Shown here one piece after another: positions 27,641-40,554 of a stretch of DNA of 64,000 nt. The notes under the pieces are model-generated. The model saw nothing but the letters and a program-made list of their open reading frames with translations. It ran no database searches and was not told where the DNA came from. Made by a program: the position numbers and the translations under genes. Numbering within the stretch: the stretch's first letter is position 1; each line of letters begins with the position of its first letter. The stretch lies in assembly GCF_009914755.1 (NCBI RefSeq), contig NC_060945.1, one strand, 5' to 3'. The stretch comes from the human T2T-CHM13v2.0 reference genome, Homo sapiens.

Positions 27641-27990
27641 GTGTACAATAAATTATTGTTAATCATACTCACCCTATTCTGCTACCAAATACTAGATGTT
27701 ATTCATTCTATTAATACAAACCTGTAGTTTTGTACCCATTAACCATCTTCACTTTATCACCCTTTCCCAGCTACCATTCCCAGGCTGTGGTAACCTTTAT
27801 TCTGTTCTCTATCTCCATGAGTCCAATTTATTTTTTAGCTCCAAGAAATGATAAATACTTAAGGTGATGGATACTCAAGTTACCCTGTTCTGATCACTAC
27901 ACATTGTATGTCTGTATCAAAACATCACTTGTACTCCATAAATATGTACAACTATTATGTACCCATAGCAATTAAAAATATATTTAAAAA
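27641..27990. mobile_element. 5'-inverted L1MA 3' fragment
   Basis: Antisense 3'-UTR segment at about 27641-27842 directly joined to the sense terminal segment at about 27843-27990, which ends in an A-rich tail. Confidence 0.8.
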
Positions 27991-28796
27991 TTACAGGAAG
28001 AACAAACAGTACAGCAGTAGAACTATAATAGCCAGATGTATCAATGACAAACAATAAAACATCTGAAAACAAACAAAATAGAAATGTGGGCACAGTGAAG
28101 ACAAAAGCAATAACTGAAAGTAAGTGGTTACAATCAAAATAGAAACACACAGCTGGCAAATTAGTTTTGCAGAAGAGTTTAAGTTTTCCTATTTCCTTGG
28201 CAACTGAAGAAGGTTGTGATGTTAACTGCTTAGACATCTGCATCCTCAGAACCATCTCCTCCTTTAGAAACTAGAATAAATACCAAAGTAATACTACGGG
28301 CCAGAATATACTACTCCTTAACAAAACCAAATGAAAGTAATGAAATAAAGCTTTTAATATGTGAATTATCTTTGGTTTAATGCCTGAGAGGGATTAATTA
28401 TTTTTTGTTTTCTTTGTTTTCTTTAGAGAAAAGTGAACGTCCATGTAATGGCAGGAATTTCCTGAGGTTGCTACATTCTAAGTGTTTTGGACCCTCGAGC
28501 TAATCATTACAAACTATCCCTACACTCTTAGGAGATCTTTATTATTATTCTTTTTAGGTTAAAGTTGGCACTTGATTATAGACCCAGTTTGCTCATAGCC
28601 TGTAGAACATGGGCATGAATACCAAGAAACAGCCAAAGGCAAGCCAGATTTCAATCACAGAAGACTCTTATTTCCCACATTAGAATAAATTTAAACTGAC
28701 AAAGGACAAAAGTCAACGATATAAAGTCAAAACTAAAAATACAAAGGATTTGGTATACAATTCAACATTCTAGAAATGTCAGTTCTTTTTTCTAGG

Positions 28797-28799
<3 letters not shown>

Positions 28800-28835
<36 letters not shown>
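28800..28835. repeat. (TG)n microsatellite
   Basis: About 18 perfect units. Confidence 0.97.
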
Positions 28836-28838
<3 letters not shown>

Positions 28839-29679
28839 CTCTAGAAACAGATGGTTATGTCTTAGTAGTCACAGTACTCAGTCTGCCATCTTGCCAGTAT
28901 GTACCTGATCTGATTTAAAAGTTCAGGGACTTTTTTCCCCCAAATATCAAGCTTTGTTGTGATAATGTCAGAATTATTCATACTTGGTTAGGTACATAGG
29001 TACAGGTACAGGAAGCCACATATAAGAATCACCCAATTATTTACTGAATTTCATTTTTTGTTGTTATATGTGATATAAAACTTATGTGAAAGAAAAGATA
29101 GAGATTAATAGAATAAATTATCTTTAAGGGCATAATGCTATAGCTGTTTTTTAAAGAGCAGCTCAATCTCCTCTCCTCTCTTCTCCTTTTCTCCCTTTTC
29201 TCACCTTGCCTCGCTTCTCCCATGCTTCTCCTCTCCTTTCCTGTCCTCTCAGAAATGGAGAAATGGAGTTGAGTAGCTATGGGTAATTGCAAGTGGTTCA
29301 ATGAAATATAGGCCCTTGGAAGCTCAAAGTTAACAAACGGAAGTTAATAATGCTTGCAAAGTGTCTTGAGGTGAAAATGTATTTTCCTAGTCACAGATAT
29401 AAAAAGTAAATAACTAGTATGTGTTCATCTGTGAAATCTTTGGCATTTAAAATAAATCCTCATTCTCTAGGTGGGCAGCCTTGGAGGAGATGAAAAAGTT
29501 TTGGCAAATTAGACACTCAGATTTCTACTCATACGGTATCTCAACTTGGCTTCCTCTTTTGCTTACTCCTAAATAAATTCCACACAGAAGGCTGTTTTTA
29601 AAAAATCATAATAAATAATTCAGGAATTATATGTGCCAAATAATCGATTGAAATAATTGAGGTCAACAGGCATGTGGTT

Positions 29680-30118
29680 TGCACTCATTCCCTAAGGCTG
29701 CTGTGACAAATTACTATAAACTTGGTGGTTTAAAATGACAGAAATGTATTCAGTCACAGCTCTGGAGGCCAGAAGTCAAAATCAAGGCATCAGCAGGGCT
29801 GCATTCCCTCTGGAGACTCTACGGAAGGATGCTCCCTTGTCTTCCCCAGCTTCTTGATTCCTTGGCTTGTGGCCACAACCTCTTTGCTCCATCTTCAAAT
29901 TGCCTTTCTTGTGTGCCTCTCTACTCCTCAATGGGCTACTTGGGAGGCCACTTGTTATTGGGTTTAGGACAAACTGAGATAAGTCAAGAGGTTCTCCTCA
30001 TCTCAAGATCCTTAACTGCATCTGCAAAGACTCCTTTTCCAAAAAAAGGCAACATTTACAGGTTCCAAGCATTGAAATATAAACAAAGCTTTTTGGAGAC
30101 CATCATTAAACCCACTAG
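29680..30118 (-). mobile_element. MaLR LTR (MLT1B/C-like)
   Basis: 'ggctgctgtgacaaattactataaacttggtgg...tctggaggccagaagtc' and 'atctgcaaagactccttttccaaa'. Confidence 0.85.
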
Positions 30119-30147
30119 AGAGTTCGCATTTCAATTCCAAAAATCAT

Positions 30148-30513
<366 letters not shown>

Positions 30514-31067
30514 TAATACATTCTTCAAATGAGATCATAAAGCTGCTAATCCAATTATTATTTATTATTAGAACTATGTTGGAATTATACTATAACACTG
30601 CTGGAAGTACAAGCAATGTTGTATAATACATGTTCCTAAAAGAACATATAAGAAGTGTTACTGAAATAACAAACATTTTCCTCTAAAGAATTGCTAGGCA
30701 TGAATCCTGTAAACTCCAGCTAAATGAAGCTTAATAATAATAGTAAATTGAGTGTGCCATGCACCATACTAAGTGTTTCACACATTGTCTGGTTTAATCC
30801 TCATGATGACTTACAAGATAGCATAACAGACTTCTCTGAATGCTGATTCTTCCTTGCCATAACATCTCTTCCTTTCCAAAAAAAAAACATTTCTTATTTT
30901 CTGGTGTCTGGTATCTTACAAAAAGCTGGGTCTTCATTAAGTCAGTGATGATAATCCCAACCCCTTTGCTGGTGAGTGGATCAGGAATAGACATGGAACA
31001 CAATTGTGGCCAATGATACTTGAAGAAAGCTACTGAGGGGGTTTCTAGAATGAAGTTTCTTCACACA

Positions 31068-31393
31068 TTGTATTAGTTTGTTAGAGGTGCCATTACAAAC
31101 TACCACAGACTGGGTGGCTTAAACGGCAGAAATTTATTTTCTCTTAGTTCTGGAGGCTAGAAGTCCAAGATCAAGATGTTGGCAATGTTGATTTCTTCTA
31201 AGTTCTTTCTCCTTGGTCTTTTCTCTTTGTCTATCTGTCCTCTTCTTTGAAGGACACTGGTCATATTGAATGAGAACCTACCCCAGTGACCTTATTTAAC
31301 TGTAATTACCAGTATCCCCAAATTAGGTCACATTCTGAGGTACATGGGGTTAGAACTGATGAATTTGGAGGTGACATGACTCAGCCTACAACA
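31068..31393 (-). mobile_element. MaLR LTR (MLT1A0/B-like), apparently nested in an older MLT1 (about 30830-31640)
   Basis: 'tgtattagtttg...taccacagactgggtggcttaaac...tcagcctacaaca'. Confidence 0.8.
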
Positions 31394-32004
31394 TGTTTAA
31401 AAAAACACACACAGAAAAAAAAAATCTTCATCATTTAAACATTGTCTCTGCTGGGTGTGATATCTAACAGGAAATGACCCTGTAGATGACAGAACAGTGG
31501 ACAGAATCTAGAACCTTTCCGACATCATGAGACTGGGGCATCCTTGACTTAGGACTTCCTATTACGGATGATAGTTACTGTTCTTATTTTTAAGCAGTTG
31601 AGGTGTTTTTTTTCTCTCTCGCTTCTGCTACAGTATCTAATTTGTATAAGTAAATACGTTTATTTTCATTGCCATTTCACAAATACAGAAACCTTGTCAG
31701 GAAAGCTGGAATTCTGATCCAGGAATCTAACTCCTGCCTGAATGTCCATAAATAATAGGTCTGTGGCATCAAAATGTTCTCTCCAATACTCAGGCTTTCA
31801 TTTCAGTTTTATAAAAGCCTCCTAGAGAAAAATTTAAAAGCAGACCTTAGAATATTACTAGCTGGTTGTTCTAGAAATCTAGAAGCAAGGAACTGTGCAA
31901 AGAATTAAGTCAGCCATGAAGGTATTTTGATGAACAAGAAAGTATCTCTACTAAGATAAGGTTAAAAAACAATAAGAATGGCTACAATATAAATACACAA
32001 AAGT

Positions 32005-32770
32005 CAACAGATAAAGAAAAAGTGGTATATATACACTATGGAGTACTCTGCAGACATCAAAAAGAATGAAATCATGCCTTTTACAGGATCATGGATGGAG
32101 CTGGAGACCATTATCCTTGGTAAACTAATGCAGAAACAGAAAACAGAGTACCTCATGATATGGTTTGGCTTCGTGTCCTCACCCAAATCTCATCTTGTAG
32201 CTCCCATAATTCCCACATGTTGTAGGAGGGACCCAGTGGGAGATGACTGAGTCATGGGAGTGGATATTTCCCATGCTTTTCTCATGATAGTGAATGGGTC
32301 TCACAAGATCTGATGGTTTTAAAAGTGGGAGTCTCCCTGCACAAGCTCTCCTTTTGCCTGCTGCCACCCACGTAAGACATGACTTGCTCTTCCTTGCCTT
32401 CTGCCATGACTATGAGGCCTCCCCAGCCATGTAGAACTGTAAGTCCAATTATACCTCTTTCTTTTGTAAATTTCCCAGTCTCAAGTATGTCTTTATCAGC
32501 AGTGTGAAAACAGACTAATACACTGCATGTTCTCACTTAGAAGTAGAAGCTAAATGATGAGAACTCACAGACACAAAGACAGACACAATGGATACTCAGC
32601 CCTACTTGAGAGTGGAGGATGGGAGGAAGCAGAGGAGCAGAAAAAAATAAATATTGGGTACTAGGCTTAGCATCTGGGTGATGAAATGATCTGTACAACA
32701 AACCTCCATGACACAAGTTTACCTATATAACAAACCTGCACATGTACCCCAAAACCTGAAAGTTAAAAGT
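32005..32770 (+). mobile_element. L1PA (old) 3'-end fragment split by THE1
   Basis: ORF2 C-terminus (MEYSADIKKNEIMPFTGSWMELETIIL) and 3' UTR 'aacaaacctgcacatgtacccc'. Confidence 0.88.
32156..32522 (+). mobile_element. THE1 solo LTR nested in L1
   Basis: 'tgatatggtttggct...gactaataca' with a decayed 5-bp TSD, cctca/ctgca. Confidence 0.93.
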
Positions 32771-33677
32771 CACTAAGCCAGTTAAATGAGATTATTGTTA
32801 ACAACCTAATATACAAATTGTGCTCTCTCTACTAATCTCTGTAGATAGTTTGAGCCCAGTCCTTAATTCTCTTTGGCAAGAATTGCAAATTACCTTTAGC
32901 TACGGATTTCATTGTTCAATTGGTTTTAATTACAGCGTTTTCCATTACTCATCATTTTCCTTATTTCAAATTAAGCCTCTCTTTTACTTCTTCCCTTAAG
33001 AGGAAATGAGTGTTTGTCTTTTCTCAAACCTTCCTTTACATATTTGTATCACATGCCTTTTGTTTGCCTTTCTGGAATAAACCCACTGTTCTCTCATGTC
33101 CACAGATGCCTCATCATCCCAGCATAAATTATTCCAATGTTTCATGTATTTACTTTTTTAAATTTTAAAAAATAGCCTGCCTTTCTTCTTCTGAGATGCA
33201 ATAATATAAAGAAACATGGACAGCCTATTTCTTGTGCTTCAAAGAACATATTCCTAATAATTTGGGCCACTATTTTGTTCCATTCTAGTGTTTTTATTGT
33301 GTGTGGAAAAATCCTTCAGGTTAATTCCTCAGTTTTACTCAGAACTAGAATGCCTGGCAGTGTGAGGTCAGTGTTATCACCAATTCTCAACCAGCATCAG
33401 GAAGGACCACACTTAACCCAGCTGTGACTGATAGATAACTCCTGGCTTAGCAGAAACTGTGAGCTTGTGTGCGATGGTTAAGCAATGTAATAAAGGAACC
33501 AGCTCTAGTGGAGAGACTCTGAGCTCCAGAAGACTCACTGAGGTCAGAGTCCCTCTGCCTTACTTTCTAGTGATATATGTTTTGCTCTATTTTCTAATTT
33601 ACTTTGGTCCTATTTGGCTTTAGGGGTATATTTTTCTTCAGTGACTTTTACTTTGCAGCTGATTATGGCATAAGTAC

Positions 33678-34131
33678 TGCTGCAGATGGCTTTTTTGGCC
33701 CCAATTAATGGCCTCCCTTTGCCATGTGACTTTGCAGCTCTTTCCACCAAGACATGAAGCCTGTCCTCCAAGTCTTTAATATAGAGCTGGCTTTGTACCT
33801 TTGTACCAATAGCATCTGGTGAAGGTGGCAGCTAACCACTTCTGAAGGTAGGCCTCAAAAAGCCCTTTGCACATTTTCACTGTCTCAGAATGTCACCTTT
33901 GCTAGGAGAACAAACCCTAGATAGCTTTCTGGAAGATGAGAGACCACATGGAACAGAGACCAATGATCTCGGCTGAAGACAACTTCAACCAGTTCCCGGC
34001 TGACCCACCAACTGACCACAGATGCAAGAGTGAGCTTAACCAAGATCAGCTGAGGTTGGCCCAGATCAGCAGAACCACCAACCCAGTCCTAAGTTCACAA
34101 ACAAAAATAAATTTTCATTGTTACATACCAC
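33678..34131 (+). mobile_element. MLT1 (E/F/G-like) LTR interrupted near its 3' end by the ERVL provirus; tail resumes at about 37640-37670
   Basis: 'ccctttgccatgtgactttgcagctc', 'ccagttcccggctgacccacca' and an AATAAA-containing terminal region. Confidence 0.7.
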
Positions 34132-37100
34132 TGTGAAGGAAATGGCTGTGCTTTACTCAGTAGTAGTCTGAGGTGGCTGCCTGGTGCAGCATGACTTAGC
34201 AGGGTTTGGAATGCAGGCGCACAACTCTGCTTGTTATATAACCATGCCACGTGAGGTGCATTAGGTGATCACTCATCTGAGCTCGTACTTGGCTCACAGC
34301 CACTATTGTCTGTAAAGGTGTAATTACTCTACTTAAGGCTGTACATACAGCTTGCGGTTTGCACCTGCGGCTGACACCCAGGCTCACTCACGCCCAGAGA
34401 GAGAGTAAAAGCCATGTCAAAACTGTGTACAATTCTTCGAGTATTTTTCCAGCTACCTGCCATTGGTCTATCCACTCCCCTCAGTCCTCAGTTTGGGCTG
34501 GAACCTGACACTTGGCATGAAAACTGGCATCACAAACAGGATCCCAAGGTGGGTGAGCCTTTGGTCCCCGCTGATTCTTGGTTGGCTCTGTGGCCACAAC
34601 ATGGGTTGTGGTACCAGACTGCAGCTGTGCTGTGAGGATGGGCTCTGGTGGAGACTGGGCGGTGGTAGGTGGGTCCCTTGTGAGCATGGAGAAGGCCCTG
34701 AAGTTGCTGGAAGCACAGAGCACTGAGAAGGAAGGAGCCTTTGCTGGCAGAATTGGATGGGCATTTTTGACTGCGCTTGGAGTACACACCCAGTCCCTGA
34801 GGGATGCCACAGACGTAAGGGCTTTGCAGACATAGGCGAGGCACCTGGAGGCCTGGCTACACAGTTCAGAAAAAGAATTAGAAGCTGCCATGAATGGGGA
34901 CCTCCAGGCACCCCCTGGAAGCCTGGCTACAGAGCTTGAAAAAGGAATTAGAGGCTGCTGTGAATGCAGGCCTGGAGGCCATTGGTGGGACCGAGGGGTC
35001 TGTGCAGTAAAGAAGGGGAAGATGCCCATGGGAAAATAGGGGACCCCAACCAGTAACACACTCAAAGATGTGGATAGATTTGATTTTGGCCAGGGTTGAG
35101 AAACAGAAAATTGATAAGCAGCCCAATGAAGTACTCTTAACTTTGTGGAGACAGTTGCCTCTGGAACAGCAATTCCAGAAAATGCCCAAGAGGAAGAAGG
35201 GGAGAAGGACATTGCTGCGTGATCTGGTCCCACCTGGGGTGTTCCAGCTCAAAGACTATGTACTGAAGCAAGGCAGGGATGTAAAGCCTTTTCTGTTTAT
35301 GAGGGAACTGGCCGAGGTGCCCAGCTTGAGGGGACACTGGGCAACCAGAAGCCACATGTGAAATTGACAAGCCACTGGTCCCTGCACCCAGATAAGTTTC
35401 CAGGCAAGGCTGCATAGACAGCTATGAAATGTCTATGGTCAATGAAAGTGAAATCTGTATCTCTGCACCTTGGCATCAGCCACCTGGCCCCTGGTTATGC
35501 ACTGTGTATGTCTCTCCCATACCTGTATACATTCTGGGGGTGGACACTTTACACAGCTTGACAGCTGTCTCATCTATCACATATTTGATGGACTACTTGA
35601 CAACAGAATTGGGACAGTACCACTATGGGGTGGACTTGACTAATGCATTTTTTTTTACAGAGTCAGGAACAATTTGCCTTCATGGGAAGGTGACAATGGA
35701 CTTTCACAGTGTTACTGCAGGGCTATGTGCATAGCCCCACCATATGTCATGGTCTTGTTAATGATATTATCCATGGTCTTTTTAATGCTATCAAGCTAAC
35801 CTCTAATTCTCTTGCAGATTTAGAATCGGCAGTGCTCCTCTTGCCTGAGATTGCAATGGTGCAGCTGAGACCACCTTCCTGGCAGCCAAGTGGGCTATTC
35901 AGCAGGAATAAGCCCTGTGGATAGTTGAGCAGGGGCTCCCATTCGAGCTGGATGTGCATGTGACCACAGATGGTTTCAGCTGGGGCCTGTGGCAGCACAC
36001 GGAGTGCTTGAGAACACCAGTAGGCTTTTGATCCCAACTATGAAAGGGAGCTGAGCTCTGGTATTCCTTGATAGAGCAGCAGTTAGTAACTGCATGTGCT
36101 GCCCTTCAGGTTCATGAGAGCTTGGCAGGATTGGTTACAATCTTCATGCAGACAACTTACCCAATAGCAGGATGAGTGCATTCATGGATAATGACCCCCT
36201 GGACTGGGATGGGGGAGACATCCACTTTGGCAAAGTGGAGTGCCTACTTGGAGCAGCAGAGTACACTGAGCACAAGTCCCTTAGAAGTCTTGGGAGCTGC
36301 AGTCCTATGCAAGATAAGGCCATGGGGCCTGAGGCACCCCTAGACTCTGAGCCTTTACCATTTAAAGAAGGACATCCCTCCATTCCCAATGGGGCATGGT
36401 ACACAAATGGGTCTAGCTGAGGTGCTACTGCTGCCTGGACCACTGTTGCAATCCAACCTAGTACTGACACCATATGGTTTGAAACCGGGTGTGGGCAAAG
36501 TAGCCAATGGGCTGAACTTAGAGCAGTATGGATGGTGATCACCAAGGAGGTGACACCTATAGAAATGTGCACTAATAGCTGGGAAGTTTATCGAGGCTTA
36601 ACCTTGTGGTTAACTACCTGGAAGTTACAAAATTAGCTAGTTGTTCACCGGCCCACGTAGGCCAAGCCATGTGGCAAGATCTATAGGAGGAAGAATGACC
36701 TTCTCTGACCAGGTATAGGGATGAACAGTAACCTATTGTTGCCTGTCCTGATGCCCCTGAAGTCAGAAGAACAGAAAACTTGGCTGTGGCCATGGACCCT
36801 CCAAGCCCCCAACTGCCTGTGGTTGGCCATCATAGCTCCCTGGGAGAAGTGCCTACAGTATGACTTGCCTGTCACTCCTTGGCTGTTCAGTGCATGCCCC
36901 CCATGGTTGACTGTTCATAGGGAAACAGCCAGGGGATGAACCCTCCTCTGGGGGGCATATGTACTATCTGTGTTGCCTATTATGAGCTCCCCTGTGACTG
37001 TGGCACAGACACAGGACCCAAAGCAACCATGGGGAGCTGGAAGGTGTGGTATCATCAGCCAGAGCAGAAGCCCTTGGTAGCTGCATTGTTATCCAGGGAT

Positions 37101-37634
37101 GGAAAGTTAGCCTGTTATTGTTGTTGTGGGTTAAGGATTCAGGGATCTGCCCTTTGGGCACATGTCCCTGCACAGAGGATGCTCTCAGCCTATGGGGTGG
37201 AGTGTAAGGGAAATGGCTGCATGTTATTCTGCAGTAGGTTGAGGAAGCCTCCCAGCGCAGCATGACTCAGTAGGTTTGGAGTGTAAGTGCACAACTTCAC
37301 ACATTATGTAACCAACACTGTGTGAGGCACATTAGGTGATCACTCACATGAGCTTGTGCTTGTCTCAAAGCCACTATTGTCTGTAAAAGGTATAATTACC
37401 CTGCTAATGCTTTACATATGGCTTGCAGCTCATGCCCAGGCCCATGCCCAGGCTTGTGCCCAGGCTTGTGGCTTGCACCCATGGCTCATGCCCAGGCTCG
37501 CTTGTGCTGAGATAGAGTAAGAACCGTGTCAAAACCGTCTGTGATTCCTCAAGTGTTTTTCCAGCTCCCTGCCACTTGTCCACCCACTGCCCTCGGTCCC
37601 CAGCTTGGGCTGGAACCCGACACTTAGGATGACA
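34132..37634 (+). mobile_element. Internally deleted class III ERV provirus (ERVL; LTR32/HERVL32- or HERV-S-like) with two LTRs
   Basis: 5' LTR 34132-34522 and 3' LTR 37203-37634 are homologous. PBS at 34525-34542 and polypurine tract 'ggggtggag' before the 3' LTR. Degenerate gag, protease (YILGVDTL), RT (DLTNAFF; LQGYVHSPTICHGLV) and RNase H (WYTNGSS; SSQWAELRAV) motifs. Confidence 0.9.
34525..34542 (+). other. Retroviral primer-binding site, tRNA-Ser type
   Basis: TGGCATCACAAACAGGAT, 2 nt after the LTR end. It matches TGGCGTCACGAACAGGAT (complement of a tRNA-Ser(CGA) 3' end, from memory) with two CpG-type transitions. Confidence 0.75.
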
Positions 37635-38415
37635 AGCATTATGGTCTTGTGGATGTTAATTAGACAGCATTATTATAGCATAAAAAAAAGGCACAAGCCC
37701 ATTTCTAATAATTATTGTATTTTCCTAACCAGTACATATGATTTTTTTTAGATTATCTTGTTTTCTGTTCATGATCGCTTGACATTCTATCTCTTATTTT
37801 ATTAAAAGTTGTGACATTCTTTGCCATCCTCAGGAGAGGAGCTGGTTATTTTGACTTCCACAGCAATATGCCTAGCAGCCAACCAGGCTGAAGTGAGTGT
37901 CTAAATAAGACTATTTAATGGATAATTTTCAGGTTTCTCAGATGCACCACATTTGCTCTATCCACTCTGTTTTTCCTAACCTTATCAGATTTCATTCTGT
38001 CACAGTCCTAATCCATGAAATCATTGTAAATACTGTCTACCCTTTGACCTCATTTGATTAGTAGAAAACATGCTGTCACCAAGCCAAGCTTTGATCTAAG
38101 GGATCTTTCTTAAAGCAATGAGAATAATCACTATTCCAGTAACAGCAACAGTTGTTGAACAAACAAGATTTACCTGGGGATTTGAAGCAAGGGCAAATTT
38201 TTCCTCTCAGTTTTTTTTTCAAATAAATAAATTAATAGAAGGGCAAAAGCAACAGGAACTAAAAGTATAGATTCCTGTACTACCTAGTTATTGTTTTTTT
38301 CTAAATTTGAAAGTCTTATTCACAAGATAAACAGCCACGTCTATTTTTGAAATTTTTTATGGAGGCAAAAAATTCAAGGTGCTAGATTGTCCTGCTTTGA
38401 CAACTAAAAAGCGGG

Positions 38416-38537
38416 GGGAAATCCCTGTCATTTACAATGGATGCAGGTTAATTGTCTGAAAGACTGGCATATAAAAGACCAGTTTATTTAGCTAAGGTAT
38501 GCAGGTCATTTGAATAGCACAATTAGCAAAGGTGAGC
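38416..38537 (+). promoter_or_regulatory. Candidate NF-kB/TATA promoter with a short first exon
   Basis: GGGAAATCCC at 38416-38425, TATAAAAG at 38470-38477, donor AAG|GTGAGC after 38531. Confidence 0.35.
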
Positions 38538-39137
38538 TGGGGGAGTATGAAGGAAATTCAAGGAATCTTCATTTCTGACAACTTGGTGAAGGATATCTGA
38601 CCTAATACCATAGTGTATAGGTGATGGATTTCTATGAAATTGTAGTTAGTGTGGGAAGAGCATAAAAAGTGTATAGCCAGAAGACAGAAGCCAAAAGCAA
38701 AGAACTAGGTGCAGGACGGATGATGGGTTAAAATGAAAAAACAAAACTGAAGACAAAGAGAAGCCAAGAGATTTCAGAATGCAAAGACAAAATGGGGGTA
38801 AGGAAAGGAAAGAGAAGATCACACAGTCTATAGACCATTACCAAGTGAGACTATCCAAAGCCATGAAAGACAGGCATAGGCATATGCCTGAGTTTCAGGA
38901 GTACCTCTAAGAGACTCAGCCAATGTCATCCCATTTTCTGAAAGCAGGAAAAAAAATAAATAAGCCGCTGAAAATTAGATTTTCTTAACAAATGGCTGAG
39001 GATAAATAGTGCATAGGTACATGAGATATATACTAAAATTAAAATGTAAAAAAAAATTTAGACATTTAGGGAAGAAGCCATCTTTTTTGAGAAGTACACC
39101 AGTTTAATAAACTCTAAGCTCTTCTGTTTGCTGATAG

Positions 39138-39227
39138 TCCTCTGGGCTATGGAAATACTCTGGTTATGGGACTATTGCAGCTATGAGAATAGTACAAGAT
39201 GAAGCTTCCTGTTATCGAGCTTCACAG
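39138..39227 (+). other. Candidate 90-nt internal exon
   Basis: Acceptor 'ctcttctgtttgctgatag|' and donor 'CAG|GTAATC'. Confidence 0.25.
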
Positions 39228-40207
39228 GTAATCTGTGTCCTCTGACATTCCTGACTGTTGCTCACTACACAAGAGCCAAGAAAGCAGGGTTGAATCTCAT
39301 CACCACAGCATGTGTCTATTGCTATTTCATAGTCCCCTCTTCCATCTGCTAAAGATGGAACATGATCTATCTTGCTCACTCTAATTTTTTTTTTGCCTTA
39401 AAAACTGGGCCATGAGTTAGAGGCATGAATAGAAACCATCTCTCAACTCCAGGAGGCTTTGCAAATTACAGACTATGAAGTACTTGACATATAGTTTCTA
39501 AATACAGTTAATCAAAGTTATAAAACCTAAGAAATAAATAAACTCAAGATTTGAAAATCTATTTGAAAAGTATATAGCTATAGTCCTATCCCATGATAGA
39601 GTTCATTTACTTCATCTCTTTCCTTTTCCACCAGAAAAAAACTAAGTATTAAACATAGAAGTTTCAGAAACCTTCTTACAAAACTGTCATAAAAGAACAT
39701 CATATTTCATGCATATGGGATCATGCTTAGATCGAACACAAAACTAAGACCATAATTTTTTGAGAAAATTTATAATTAGATTTTATCAAATTCAAGTTGT
39801 TAAGTATTGTTCTTTTCTTACTGACATTGTGCATAAATGGCTTGAGATCAGAGTTTGCATTATTTTTCATTTTGTGAAAATTATCTTGTTATATTGGTAA
39901 TATCATTTAAAAATCTTTTTTATTCACAGTAGTTCTCTAATCTCTTTAAAAATATATTATTTCTTTTTATAAGAACTCATCTGTGATTATGGGAGTTAAA
40001 AACTTTAAGCTTTTAAAAAATGCCCTTGTTTGTTCAGAGCCCTTCTGTTTCTTACTCAGAATTTGACTTCTATATAATAAAGAGAAAACTAAAATTTTAC
40101 TCCAATATTAAGTTTCCTACTTGGTTCAGACAAACTACCACTGGATGACACACATACTTGTTGGAGTGGACAATAAATCATCCCATCTACAATAATGAGA
40201 TGATATC

Positions 40208-40541
40208 TGATATGGTTTGGCTATGTCCCCACCCAAATCTCATCTTGAATTCCCACATGTTGTGGGAGGGACCAGGTGGGAGATAATTGAATCATGGGGG
40301 CAGGTCTCTCCCATGCTGTTCTCAGGATAGTGAATAAGACTTATGAGATCTGATGATTATATAAAGGGGAGTTTCCCTGCACAAGCTCTCTTCTCTTGTC
40401 TGCCACCACATGAGATGTGCCTTTCACCTTCCACCATGACTGTGACGTGTCCCCAACACATGGAACTTTAAGTCCATTAAACCTTTTATCTTCCCAGTCT
40501 TGGGTATGTCTTTATCAGCAGCATGAAAATAGACTACTACA
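40208..40541 (+). mobile_element. THE1 solo LTR
   Basis: TGATATGG...TACA termini with TSD atatc/atgtc. Confidence 0.93.
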
Positions 40542-40554
40542 ATGTCTTAGAATC

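Noticed and set aside
28400-28645. Strong plus-strand acceptor at about 28426 and a GC-type donor at about 28638
   Set aside because: Polypyrimidine-AG sites are common in T-rich DNA, and there is no convincing canonical donor partner.
34468-35415. 250-aa and 147-aa minus-strand ORFs
   Set aside because: Antisense to the decayed ERV gag region. GC-rich sequence, no independent gene signal.
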